Of a stretch of 64,000 nt of DNA, positions 30,337 through 41,769 are shown in pieces (position 1 is the stretch's first letter; each line of letters begins with the position of its first letter). The notes under the pieces are model-generated. The model searched no databases and was not told where the DNA came from. It worked only from the letters and a program-made list of their open reading frames with translations. Both the position numbers and the translations under genes were made by a program. This stretch comes from Syntrophales bacterium. Its GTDB lineage: Bacteria; Desulfobacterota; Syntrophia; Syntrophales; PHBD01. Where the stretch lies: positions 3,968,001 through 4,032,000 of the forward strand of contig OY764159.1 of the NCBI GenBank assembly GCA_963668175.1. Reading direction: 5' to 3'.

Positions 30337-32607
30337 CTACGCCGATTCACTCAACTCGAAAAGACCTTCCGTATCCAGGATGAGTCCTATATTCCCATCG
30401 CCCAGGATGGCTCCCCCCGATACCCCTTTGATGCTCTTCAGGCTTTCGCCCAGACTTTTGATGACGACTTCCGCCTTACCCAATATCTTGTCCACGAGGA
30501 GACATTTGGAACGGTCTTCCCCTTCCACGACAACCACGATTGACTCCCAGGGATTGACCTGTTCGGGTTCTATGTTGAAAAGTTCGTACAAACGCACAAG
30601 AGGCAACAACTGTCCCATCACGTTGATGGTCTCACCCCTGCCGACGACGGTCGTAATCGATTCTTTGGTCGGACGCAGCGTTTGCCGGATGGCCGTTGTC
30701 GGCAATATATAACGCTCCGTTCCGACCTTCACGATCATGCCGTCAATAATGGCCATGGTCAGCGGAAATCTCGTAATAAAAGTGGTCCCTTTTCCAAAGG
30801 TGCTTTCGATCTCCGCTTTGCCCCTCAGTTTTTCGATGGCCTGTTTCACGACATCCATACCCACGCCCCGGCCTGAAACATCCGTAACCTTTTCAGCGGT
30901 CGAGAGCCCCGGCAGGAAGATAAGCTTGAAGATGTCCTGGTCGGACATGCCGTCGGCGCTCTGGATGGAACCGTTCTTGATCGCCTTGGCGATGATCTTG
31001 TCTTTGTTCAACCCCCTGCCGTCATCGCTGATCTCGATGACGACACTGCCGCCGCCATGATACGCCTTCAACTGGATCAGGCCCTTTTCAGGCTTGCCCA
31101 CCCTTATTCTTTCCTCCGGCGTTTCCAGCCCGTGGTCCACGGAATTGCGGATCATGTGGACCAGGGGATTGTAGATTTCATCGACCATGTTCCGGTCGAT
31201 TTCCGTCTCTTCACCGACCAGCTCGACGGCGACATTCTTACCCGTATTTTTCGCCAGGTCTCTGACCAGGCGGGACATCCTCTGAAAGGTCTGTTTGATG
31301 GGGACCATTCGCAAACCCGTCGATACGCGCTGCAACCCGGATGTGATTCGGAACAGTTGGGCGATGTCGCGCATCAGGTTTCTGTCGGATCCCATGTTAT
31401 TGGTCAAACCCTGCTGGACCATGGACTGGGTGATGACCAACTCGCCCACCATATCGATCATATCATCCAGCTTGCGGATATCCACGCGGATCGTAGACAT
31501 GTCCGTAACCTGTTCCGTCTGTTTCCTCAAGGCCTGGGAGACCTGTTTCGGGGTCACTTTTCCCTCTTCGATGAGGACCTCGCCCACTTTCTTTTCCTGC
31601 GGTTTACCCGGTTCGGAGAGCGTTTTTTCCAGTTCGTCCCTGGATATGGCTCCTTCATCGACGAGGATGTCCCCCAATTTCTTCACCTTGCCCCCGATTT
31701 CCAGACCTTTGTCGATCTTTTCGACTCTGTCGACGAGATCAACCAGGTTCACTTTCATCGGGGTGATCGGCCGGTTTTCCAGTTGATCTCTCAACTGGCC
31801 GATCATGGTTTTCAGGGCGTCGGCACCGTCGAGAATGACATCGATCAAGGGCGGCGTAACCATGATGTTCCCGTTTCTGGCTTTATCCAGCAGGTTTTCC
31901 AGACTGTGCGCCAAGGTTCTTATCTTTTCGAGATTGAGGAAACTGGCCACGCCTTTGATCGAATGGAACGGCCGGAAAATCGTATTGATGTAATCCTTGT
32001 CTTCGGGGCTCTGCTCCAGGTTGAGAATGTTGACTTCGATCTCATCGATATACTCCAGGCCCTCGGTAATAAAGTCCCGCAGGAGGGCTTCGTCCTGGAC
32101 ATTGGCCAGTTTTTCAATGGGCTCGTCTTCATCCGCAGATTCCACCGGTTTTTCCTCAGCAACCTCAGCAGCCGGCTTCGCTTCCTCAAGGGAGACGGCT
32201 TCCTGCTCGGGTGCGGGTGCGGGTGCGGGTGCGGCCGCAACCGGAACTCTCTGGGCACCGATGAGGTTGGCGATGGTGTTGCGATAATCGGTCATGTCCC
32301 CCTTGAACTGAGACATATTCTTGTAATCATCTATGATCTTCTGCATAACGGAGACGCCTTTTTCGAAGGCGACAAATCCTTCTTCCCTGCTGGGAAGTGT
32401 GTCGAGAATGACTTTTTCCAGAAGACTGGTCAATCCCGCGGAAACCTCCTTAATTTCCGTGATTCCCGAGGACTCCGCTTCTTTCACCAAACCTTCCAAG
32501 AGATTGAGAAATTTACCAGCGGAAGGAACATCGATGTCCCTCTCATCCAGGAATAAGAATTCCGATGCCAGGCTTTCCACTAAACTGCCGATCGTCTCGT
32601 ATTTCAT
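30337..32607 (-). CDS. cheA: Chemotaxis histidine kinase CheA
   Basis: HPt FRPFHSIKG, HMIRNSVDHG, DDGRG, SGRGVGMDVV and C-terminal CheW-like domain. Confidence 0.96.
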   Translation of the reverse strand: MKYETIGSLVESLASEFLFLDERDIDVPSAGKFLNLLEGLVKEAESSGITEIKEVSAGLTSLLEKVILDTLPSREEGFVAFEKGVSVMQKIIDDYKNMSQFKGDMTDYRNTIANLIGAQRVPVAAAPAPAPAPEQEAVSLEEAKPAAEVAEEKPVESADEDEPIEKLANVQDEALLRDFITEGLEYIDEIEVNILNLEQSPEDKDYINTIFRPFHSIKGVASFLNLEKIRTLAHSLENLLDKARNGNIMVTPPLIDVILDGADALKTMIGQLRDQLENRPITPMKVNLVDLVDRVEKIDKGLEIGGKVKKLGDILVDEGAISRDELEKTLSEPGKPQEKKVGEVLIEEGKVTPKQVSQALRKQTEQVTDMSTIRVDIRKLDDMIDMVGELVITQSMVQQGLTNNMGSDRNLMRDIAQLFRITSGLQRVSTGLRMVPIKQTFQRMSRLVRDLAKNTGKNVAVELVGEETEIDRNMVDEIYNPLVHMIRNSVDHGLETPEERIRVGKPEKGLIQLKAYHGGGSVVIEISDDGRGLNKDKIIAKAIKNGSIQSADGMSDQDIFKLIFLPGLSTAEKVTDVSGRGVGMDVVKQAIEKLRGKAEIESTFGKGTTFITRFPLTMAIIDGMIVKVGTERYILPTTAIRQTLRPTKESITTVVGRGETINVMGQLLPLVRLYELFNIEPEQVNPWESIVVVVEGEDRSKCLLVDKILGKAEVVIKSLGESLKSIKGVSGGAILGDGNIGLILDTEGLFELSESA
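32208..32234. repeat. Perfect hexamer tandem repeat (CGGGTG)x4.5 in the cheA linker
   Basis: Read directly; encodes an Ala-Pro repeat in frame. Confidence 0.85.
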
Positions 32608-32610
32608 TTT

Positions 32611-34162
<1,552 letters not shown>

Positions 34163-34680
34163 CCACTCCTATGACTTCATGAAGAATTCTTTTTACATCC
34201 TCCGGCAGGAAGGGTTTCTTGATGAATCCTCTGGCTCCGCAATTGAACGCCTCTTCCATACGCTCGCTGCTACCTTCGGTAGTTATGACAATGAAAGGAA
34301 TGTCTCTATAAAGTTCGTCCTGTTTTAGTCTGTTCAGCAGTTCGAGCCCATTCATTTCCGGCATATTAATGTCCGAGAGGATGATATCGACCCATGATTT
34401 TGACAATACTTCAAGGGCTTCCACGCCATTTCCGGCCTCATAACAGTTATCCATTTTAAAACCTGAAATGGATATGATCTTTTTGATCACGGCACGCATG
34501 GAATTCGAATCGTCTACAATGAGCACATTAAACGACATAATATCTCCTTCTCATTGATCGCTGGGTTCTGTCATTCATTGACGACAAGCCCCAGAAAAGG
34601 CGGGACGTGGGAATCCCCCCCTCGCTCCGCACGGGAACAATGTTACCGGTCGTTGTTCCGTTCTCCTCCGCCTTCCGCTT

Positions 34681-35556
34681 TTATTCGGGCACAATATCTA
34701 TCAACTCCTGCGCGTGCTTCAAATCCTCATGCAACAGGACCATGCTCATTTCCAGATCTTTCAGGTGCAGATCGAACTTCTTGATGACGCCGCTGAGTCC
34801 TTTGTGAGCGAGTCCATCAGCCCCTCCGTCTATTCCCATCATCAGGCATGCCTGGTCCGCGAGATATACCAGCCATGATATGACATTCTCCTGACCGCCG
34901 CCCTCTCCATCCTGTTCCTGGAGAAGATCGGGGCGATGGTGATAGGCAATGGCGTCCCGAAGCTCCTTGGCAAAGTGCCAGTGATCTGCTATCCGGCCGC
35001 CCACTTCGGCGTGATTGATTCCGATGATTTCCTCTTCCGCTTCAAGGAACGAGTAATTCTTCATGGCGACAAGATCAATAATCTTCTTCAGGGATTCATA
35101 GACAAATTCCCCCAGGATGATCTTGCCGACATCATGGAGAAGGGCCGCCGTATAAAGCACCGGATCGTCTTTTTGAAAGATTTTTCTCGATAATATCTGC
35201 GACATGAGAGCCACGGACACGCAATGTTTCCATAATTCCTGCGGCTTTAAAAAATAACCTTTGGCCGGCTTTTTGTAAAAGCGGGAAATGCCTGCCGTCT
35301 GAATGACGCGAATCAGGTTTTCCTGGCCCAGATAAATGATGGCGTCCTGAACGGTCTTGATTTTCTGATGGGATCCGAAATAAGCCGAGTTGCTCATTTT
35401 TAATATATTGGCCGTAATCGAAGGATCGAACTTGATCACGTTGGCCATGTCCATAACGGAATAGTCGCCGCTGCGGACCAATTGGAGCGCCTTAAAAACG
35501 GTCTCCGGAAAGGCGGGGATTGTTTTTATTGACTGAAGAACCTTGTCGATCATCAT
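34681..35556 (-). CDS. HDOD-domain protein
   Basis: DPSITANILKMSNSAYFG, LLHDVGK, HAEVG and AIAYHH. Confidence 0.92.
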   Translation of the reverse strand: MMIDKVLQSIKTIPAFPETVFKALQLVRSGDYSVMDMANVIKFDPSITANILKMSNSAYFGSHQKIKTVQDAIIYLGQENLIRVIQTAGISRFYKKPAKGYFLKPQELWKHCVSVALMSQILSRKIFQKDDPVLYTAALLHDVGKIILGEFVYESLKKIIDLVAMKNYSFLEAEEEIIGINHAEVGGRIADHWHFAKELRDAIAYHHRPDLLQEQDGEGGGQENVISWLVYLADQACLMMGIDGGADGLAHKGLSGVIKKFDLHLKDLEMSMVLLHEDLKHAQELIDIVPE

Positions 35557-36035
35557 AACTCCTCCATCTGACCATTCGCACTCTTGACCAAGAATTTACC
35601 GCCAGCGATTTCCAATCGTACAGTCCGGTTATGATTCTTTCCGACATCCTCTTTTTCGATCAAAACGTTATTCTTCCAGAATATTTTTCTCAGCGCCGTG
35701 ATATTCTTCTGTCCGATCCGGAAGTAGTTCGTATCGTCCAGAATGCTTGCTCCCCCGGCAACCTTGACGATCATTCTTTTTTTATCCGCTCCCAGGGCGT
35801 AACACGACTTGAACAAGAGAGGAATTCCGGTATCGGCGAACATATAGGGATTCTCCTTTGCCTTGCCCGCATCCAATGTCGAGTCGGGAAGCATATAGTG
35901 CAAAAGTCCCCCAACCCGAACCACCGGATCATAGACGGACAATCCGATACAGGAGCCGAGGGCATAGGTTACAAGAACATCACCTACTTTATTGCTCACC
36001 TTCATATCAGAAATACCGACGACAATATCAGCCAT
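35553..36035 (-). CDS. cheD: Chemoreceptor glutamine deamidase CheD
   Basis: LGSCIG, LHYMLP, FADTG, KVAGGA and IGQKN. Confidence 0.95.
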   Translation of the reverse strand: MADIVVGISDMKVSNKVGDVLVTYALGSCIGLSVYDPVVRVGGLLHYMLPDSTLDAGKAKENPYMFADTGIPLLFKSCYALGADKKRMIVKVAGGASILDDTNYFRIGQKNITALRKIFWKNNVLIEKEDVGKNHNRTVRLEIAGGKFLVKSANGQMEEL

Positions 36036-36041
36036 AACGGA

Positions 36042-36860
36042 TCACTTTCGATAGACACTGGGCTCGACGTACTTAAAGGAGTGGTTCAGTCCCGTCAGAC
36101 TTTCTGAGTGCCCAACAAAGAAATATCCTCCTTTTTTAAGGCAATTGTAAAATCGATTAACCAGACCGCTCTGCGTTTCCTTGTCGAAATAGATCATGAC
36201 GTTCCGGCAGAAGATGATATCGAAGACAAAATCGGATGGAGGTGTCTCCATCAGATTGAATCTCATAAACTTGATCATGTCCTTCAGCTCTTTCCTGGCA
36301 CGGTAGTAACCTTCCCAGCGTTCGGACCCGTATTGAAAGTACTTCTTGATCAGTGCAGTAGGGACATTCTTAAATCTGTCTTTCGAGTAGATGCCGCTCA
36401 TGGCGGTCTTTAACACCCTTGTTGAGATATCCGTGGCCAGGAGCTGGACCTCCGAGCGCCTGGGTGCCGCCAGTTCTCTTGCTGTCATGGCCAAAGAATA
36501 AGGTTCTTCTCCCGTCGAGCAACCTGCACTCCAGATTCTGACCTTCTCTCCGGCACCCGCCGCTTCCATCATCAGTGGAAGAACATCCCTAAGTTTGCGG
36601 AAATGACTCTCTTCACGGAAGAAAAATGTGAGGTTTGTAGAGATGGAATCGATCATTACGATCAATTCGTCGGTACCTTCTCTGGTCGTGACATGTTTAT
36701 AATAATCGGCGAAAGATTTGAAACTTCCTTCACGCAACCGCTTTCCCAGGCGTGCCTTAACAAGCTCTCTCTTCTCTTCCCGAAGATTGATGCCACATTG
36801 TTCATAGACCAGACGTCGTATCTTGTCAAAATCGACGTCCCTCAATTCATAAGTAATCAT
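36042..36860 (-). CDS. cheR: Chemotaxis methyltransferase CheR
   Basis: TNLTFFFRE, WSAGCSTGEEPYS, ATDIS, CRNVMIYF and GHSESL. Confidence 0.97.
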   Translation of the reverse strand: MITYELRDVDFDKIRRLVYEQCGINLREEKRELVKARLGKRLREGSFKSFADYYKHVTTREGTDELIVMIDSISTNLTFFFREESHFRKLRDVLPLMMEAAGAGEKVRIWSAGCSTGEEPYSLAMTARELAAPRRSEVQLLATDISTRVLKTAMSGIYSKDRFKNVPTALIKKYFQYGSERWEGYYRARKELKDMIKFMRFNLMETPPSDFVFDIIFCRNVMIYFDKETQSGLVNRFYNCLKKGGYFFVGHSESLTGLNHSFKYVEPSVYRK

Positions 36861-36973
36861 ATACCCATATTAATCAGAGAAGTTATAACCTCGAACCGAT
36901 CGACGCCGATTGAATGCATCAATCGTAATTTACAAGCATCATGGGAAGACCCCGCCACGTCGAACAATTTGCA

Positions 36974-36989
36974 TGCAAAGATAATGCCT
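36974..36989 (-). promoter_or_regulatory. Probable sigma54 promoter for the cheR operon
   Basis: Minus strand AGGCATTATCTTTGCA (GG-N10-GC), about 115 bp upstream of cheR. Confidence 0.55.
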
Positions 36990-37309
36990 TCTAAATCAAC
37001 TATGCATATATATCGACAAGTGCTGAGAGTTTATTATCATTTTGTTTTTTTTGCAATAGAATATTGAGAGAAATCCGCATCCAGCAATGATTTCCGGCAA
37101 TGCCTGATATCGTATATGCGACGGCAGTCGTATACCTGTCATCGTCGGCCGCAGCCGGACAGACTTTTATAAAATTGTGATATCCGCACATTTTCTAGCA
37201 TTTTTTTTGCAATGATTTTGTCATTGTATGTTGTTTTTTTATTTCATTTGCCGTAATATGGCGCCACTTTACGAATGGGCACCGGCGCAGAGAACACTAT
37301 GATGCTCGC

Positions 37310-38728
37310 ATGGGCCGGCTATTATCATACATGAAAAGTGCGAATATATTGTTTGCCGGAAGTTCTGAGCCTGAGAGAGGCGTGCTCGTGGATTGGCTGA
37401 ACAACTACGGCCATAAAACCAGAGTTGCCGACAACGGTCACGAAGCCCTGAAGCTGTTCTCTTCCGGAAAGTATGAACTCGTCATTATCGATCTATCCCT
37501 TTCCAAAAAGAACGGTCTGCATCTCCTGACCTCCATCAAGGAAAAGAACCCGGAAACCCCCGTCATGATCATCAACGGTCAAGTCTGTTTCGACACGGCC
37601 GTCGAATCCATGAGATTGGGAGCATCCGATTACATCACGGAGCCCCAGGACAAAACAATGCTCAAAGGAGCCCTGGAGCGCATCCTTTCCTGCCCCAATT
37701 CGAAAGGAGAGCCTGACGCCACGCTAGAAAACGTGAAAGGAAAGGCCGACTTCGGCAAATTGATCGGATACAGCGATGCCATGAAGAGGGTTTTCGAGAT
37801 CATCGAAAAAGTCTCCAATTCGGACAGCACGGTAGTCATCTATGGGGAAAGCGGAACGGGAAAAGAATTGGTCGCCCGGGCCATTCATTACAACAGCGAC
37901 CGGAGGCAATCGCCTCTTATTCCCGTTAACTGCGGGGCCATACCGGAAGAGCTCCTCGAAAGCGAACTTTTCGGTCATGAAAAAGGCGCATTCACGGGGG
38001 CGATCCGGAATCGGATGGGCAGATTCGAACTGGCCCAGGAAGGAACCATCTTCCTCGATGAAATTGCCGACATGAGCCCGTCCTTGCAGGTAAAACTGCT
38101 GCGAGTCATTCAGGAAAGGCAGTTCGAGAGAATCGGCGGCGTAAAGACCATCGAGGCCAATGTCAGGATCATTGCCGCAACCAATCAGGACCTTGAGCAG
38201 GCCGTTACTGAGAAGAAATTCCGCGAGGACCTTTTCTACCGCATCAATGTTATCCCGATCCACATCCCGCCCCTGCGGGCAAGAGGTACGGATATCCTGA
38301 TCCTGTCCGATTACTTTTTGAAGAAATTCAATGAATCCAAGCGAAAAAACGTGACAGGGCTGTCCCCCGGTGTGATTGACATATTCCGAAGCTACTCCTG
38401 GCCGGGCAACGTGAGGGAGTTGGAGAATATCATCGAAATGCTGGTCGTCATGATAGAAGAAGGGGAAATTTCAGTCGAAGATTTGCCGAACAGACTCCGG
38501 CAGGTTGAAACCAACGGAGAGACCATTTCAAGCAGCGTCGATGTGCCCGATGGCGGCCTCAATTTCAACGACATGGTGGAACGATTTGAAAAAAACCTCC
38601 TTCTTACAGCCTTGAAAAAAACAGGCGGCGTCAAGAACAGAGCAGCAAAGCTGCTCAACCTCAATCGCACGACTCTTGTCGAGAAATTAAAAAGGTACGG
38701 CCTGGCCGACAAGGACGGCCGCGACTAG
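37310..38728 (+). CDS. sigma54 enhancer-binding protein with degenerate receiver (FleQ/FlrA-like)
   Basis: [34 protein letters not shown] and HTH LNRTTLVEKLK typical of the FleQ group. Start may be 37331. Confidence 0.88.
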   Translation: MGRLLSYMKSANILFAGSSEPERGVLVDWLNNYGHKTRVADNGHEALKLFSSGKYELVIIDLSLSKKNGLHLLTSIKEKNPETPVMIINGQVCFDTAVESMRLGASDYITEPQDKTMLKGALERILSCPNSKGEPDATLENVKGKADFGKLIGYSDAMKRVFEIIEKVSNSDSTVVIYGESGTGKELVARAIHYNSDRRQSPLIPVNCGAIPEELLESELFGHEKGAFTGAIRNRMGRFELAQEGTIFLDEIADMSPSLQVKLLRVIQERQFERIGGVKTIEANVRIIAATNQDLEQAVTEKKFREDLFYRINVIPIHIPPLRARGTDILILSDYFLKKFNESKRKNVTGLSPGVIDIFRSYSWPGNVRELENIIEMLVVMIEEGEISVEDLPNRLRQVETNGETISSSVDVPDGGLNFNDMVERFEKNLLLTALKKTGGVKNRAAKLLNLNRTTLVEKLKRYGLADKDGRD

Positions 38729-38993
38729 CGAAGCCCTCCGCAAGCGATGCAAGGCACACTCCCGGCAACCGCCGCACCTCAGCCCCCTGTTGTCTGTCCG
38801 GAAATAATCGATACCGTTCAGGAAAGACGGACAACTCTCAAGATATTCTTAGAAATCGAACGTTTGAAACTGTCCGAAAAAACGGACATGTCCGGCTGAT
38901 ATTCCGGCACAACCGGTCGGCATAATGCCTCTCCGGAAATCGCTGATATCGTCGAATGGTCCGGATTCCGCACAAACATCCGGGAGGAAGCCG

Positions 38994-39719
38994 TCACGGT
39001 TTCCCACTCATTTGCCCTGACGGAACCAGGACTTTCGTAATATAGAGATAGAGTTCGCGCGCATCCTTATCGGAAAGCTGAGCAGTCGAAAACACCGGCA
39101 TGGGCTTTTTGGGGTTGCGGAGAACGGAGATAAAAGCCTGGGGGTCATTCAGCGCCGCTGCCCCCCGGATAGGTTTATCGGGATCGACGATGTTGCCGGC
39201 GCCGGGATGGCAACTCGAACAACGGGCGGTGAAAATCTTTTCTCCTGCCTGGTACGACACCGGCACATCATGGGATTCGCCTCCGTAAACGAGGCGGGCG
39301 CCGAACCAGCCGAGCAAAGTGGCCGTGATAACCGCCAGGGTGACGCTTGCCAATACCAGGCCCTTCGGGGCCTTATCTCCCCGACGTCCGAAAAAGACGG
39401 CCGTCGCCAAGAGGATAAAAAGGATACAGGCTAGGATAAGTTTGAACTTGATGGGGTTGAGCCAGGAACCGTTGTAGAAGTGCTGCCAATCCGCCAAACC
39501 GAAAAGCACCGCCGGAAACCAGAAGATCAAGGCAAGGATGGCGCAATGGTGCGCCGAAACGGCCAAGTTTCTTCTTCCGAGAAGGGTCGACACCCAGCCG
39601 AAGAGAAAGGCGCCCACGGCTAGTCCGATCGGCATATGGACCAGGGCTGCATGGACGGGATCGGTAAAACCGATACGATTAAGAGACTGGTAGAAGGCGC
39701 TGATCCATGATTCTAGCAT
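38994..39719 (-). CDS. DUF2231-like membrane domain fused to a class I cytochrome c
   Basis: HAALVHMPIG, four TMs, CSSCH haem motif and distal MP. Confidence 0.8.
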   Translation of the reverse strand: MLESWISAFYQSLNRIGFTDPVHAALVHMPIGLAVGAFLFGWVSTLLGRRNLAVSAHHCAILALIFWFPAVLFGLADWQHFYNGSWLNPIKFKLILACILFILLATAVFFGRRGDKAPKGLVLASVTLAVITATLLGWFGARLVYGGESHDVPVSYQAGEKIFTARCSSCHPGAGNIVDPDKPIRGAAALNDPQAFISVLRNPKKPMPVFSTAQLSDKDARELYLYITKVLVPSGQMSGKP

Positions 39720-40195
39720 TTCGTTTCCCCTCCTCCGCTTATATGAGCAGGTCGTGTATTCGCTGCGGATATTAAAATCGATGACGAGGCAACTGCGGAC
39801 ATCAATGCCATTTTCGAATGTGAAACCTTGGCAAGAACCGCTTAAACAAATATATTATATAAAAATAACACGCTCGGAACAATGAGTAAAAAATGCATGC
39901 ATGGCGGTGGGCAAACCCTATCAAGACGACAGAAGATGCACTTCCAGGATAAAACCTTATTATCGGATTTTCAGCGATATAGGTAGCGAAAAACGCTCAG
40001 AATCGTCATGATCCCAGCGCTGAAAGCAAGGACAATTCTCATCATCAAAAAAACCGTGACCCTATACGTCGTAATCGGTATCTCCAGCTGCGCTGCAAAA
40101 TATGAGTAGTGCCCGCATCGACTTTGGAACTGTCATCGATTTTTCAAGACCATAGAAAGTCTTTTCATATAACCCTTCACGGATATCTCTCACAA

Positions 40196-40234
40196 TGAAA
40201 AACAGGGGATTGCCTAAATCAGCAATCCCCTTGT
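40196..40234 (-). terminator. Intrinsic terminator after tRNA-Pro
   Basis: GGGGATTGC-N8-GCAATCCCC hairpin followed by TGTTTTT on the minus strand. Confidence 0.75.
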
Positions 40235-40240
40235 TATGAC

Positions 40241-40317
40241 TGGTCGGGGCGGCAGGATTTGAACCTGCGACATCTTGCTCCCAAAGCAAGCGCGCTACCA
40301 AGCTGCGCTACGCCCCG
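40241..40317 (-). tRNA. tRNA-Pro (anticodon TGG)
   Basis: CGGGGCGTAGCGCAGCTTGGTAGCGCGCTTGCTTTGGGAGCAAGATGTCGCAGGTTCAAATCCTGCCGCCCCGACCA: 77 nt, cloverleaf, encoded CCA. Confidence 0.97.
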
Positions 40318-40363
40318 TTATAGGAAAACTCCGCCGTGTATTTATGACGGTTTTGTTATCAGG

Positions 40364-40996
40364 TTAAATGATGTCCCCCCGAACCGCGGTGTTGTCAAAA
40401 AACGGCTTCTTATGCCGCAGGTAAAGGGCGAACTGATCGAATGCACGGGCACGATGGCTCACGGCATTCTTCTCCTCCGCGGACATCTGCGCCACGGTCA
40501 TCTCGCGGTCGGGGAGAAAAAAGACCGGGTCGTAGCCGAATCCGTTGTTGCCGATCGCCCGCTCATGGATAAGACCGCGCCAGCGGCCTTCGAAGAATTC
40601 GTACCGGCCGTCGGGCATATAGAGCACCAGGACGCATACGAACGATGCCCCGCGCTTTTCCCGGGACACGTTCTCCATCTCCCGGAGAAGTTTTTGGATA
40701 TTGTCCTCGTCGGTCGCCTTCTCTCCCGCATACCTTGACGAATAGACGCCGGGACGGCCATCCAGATAATCGACCATGAGCCCTGAATCATCCGCCAGAA
40801 CCGGCTCTCCGGTGAATTCGGCAAACGTCTTCGCCTTCTTCAGTCCATTTTCCAGGAAGGTTCTTCCATCTTCAACGACATCGGGGGCATCGGCATACTC
40901 CTCCAGGGAGGCAAACGTCACCGGATAATCCTTCAACAGATCACGGATCTCCCTTATCTTTCCCTTGTTCTTCGATGCAAAGACGATCCTGTTCAG
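40364..40996 (-). CDS. rdgB: Non-canonical purine NTP pyrophosphatase (RdgB/HAM1), probable CTG start
   Basis: [22 protein letters not shown] and SHR. The conserved N-terminal [13 protein letters not shown] lies upstream of the ORF-track TTG at 40936. Confidence 0.93.
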   Translation of the reverse strand: MNRIVFASKNKGKIREIRDLLKDYPVTFASLEEYADAPDVVEDGRTFLENGLKKAKTFAEFTGEPVLADDSGLMVDYLDGRPGVYSSRYAGEKATDEDNIQKLLREMENVSREKRGASFVCVLVLYMPDGRYEFFEGRWRGLIHERAIGNNGFGYDPVFFLPDREMTVAQMSAEEKNAVSHRARAFDQFALYLRHKKPFFDNTAVRGDII

Positions 40997-41715
40997 ATGA
41001 TGCCTCCGACAATCTCCTTCTGCTTTCCGGTAATCTCGCGAATTCCCTTGAAGGCCGTATCAGTCATACGGTCCAAAAGCTGCCGGCTGAACGGTTTCTC
41101 CTCGGCCGTTCCCTGGACTTCCACGAAGAGGCCGCCGCCCGTCATGACAAAATTCATGTCGACTTCCGCCCGGGAGTCTTCCTCGTATTCGAGATCGAGC
41201 AGGACCTCGCCCCCGACGACGCCGACACTGACCGCCGATATATAATCGTGAATGGGAATATTCCTGACAATCTCTTTGTCTTTGAGTCTCTGAAACAGTC
41301 CCACCAGGGCGACAAAACCGCCTGTGATGGACGCGGTCCGCGTACCGCCATCGGCCTGGATGACATCGCAATCGATATAAATCGTTCTCTCGCCGAAGGC
41401 GGAAAGGTCGGTCACCGCCCGGAGAGATCGACCGATGAGCCTCTGTATCTCGTGAGTCCTTCCGCCCACTCTTCCCCGGGACGACTCTCTGGGCGTCCGT
41501 GTATGGGTCGACATGGGCAGCATGGCGTATTCGGCCGTCAGCCAGCCCCGTCCTGTGTTCTTGAGGAAGGGAGGCGCATTTTCTTCGATTGCGGCCGTAC
41601 AGATAACCTTGGTCCTTCCCATTTCAATCAGGACGGAACCTTCGGGATGAAAGAGATAGTCTTTGACGATCTTGATCTCTCTCAATTCATCCGGCTTTCG
41701 GCCGCTGATTCTCAC
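40993..41715 (-). CDS. rph: Ribonuclease PH
   Basis: [35 protein letters not shown] and EVQGTAE. Confidence 0.97.
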   Translation of the reverse strand: MRISGRKPDELREIKIVKDYLFHPEGSVLIEMGRTKVICTAAIEENAPPFLKNTGRGWLTAEYAMLPMSTHTRTPRESSRGRVGGRTHEIQRLIGRSLRAVTDLSAFGERTIYIDCDVIQADGGTRTASITGGFVALVGLFQRLKDKEIVRNIPIHDYISAVSVGVVGGEVLLDLEYEEDSRAEVDMNFVMTGGGLFVEVQGTAEEKPFSRQLLDRMTDTAFKGIREITGKQKEIVGGII

Positions 41716-41769
41716 GATTTTCCGCTCCTTTCAGACTGTTTTCTGTTCCGCTCGGACACGGTCACGCTT

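Noticed and set aside
34540..34680. Several inverted repeats between HDOD and cheY'
   Set aside because: Short and imperfect, with no second copy in the window; cannot be supported as ncRNA or REP.
40062..40301. 79-aa ORF
   Set aside because: It reads through tRNA-Pro and its terminator.
38729..40317. Genomic island or prophage integrated at tRNA-Pro
   Set aside because: No integrase and no duplicated tRNA 3' end seen by eye; only one gene lies downstream.
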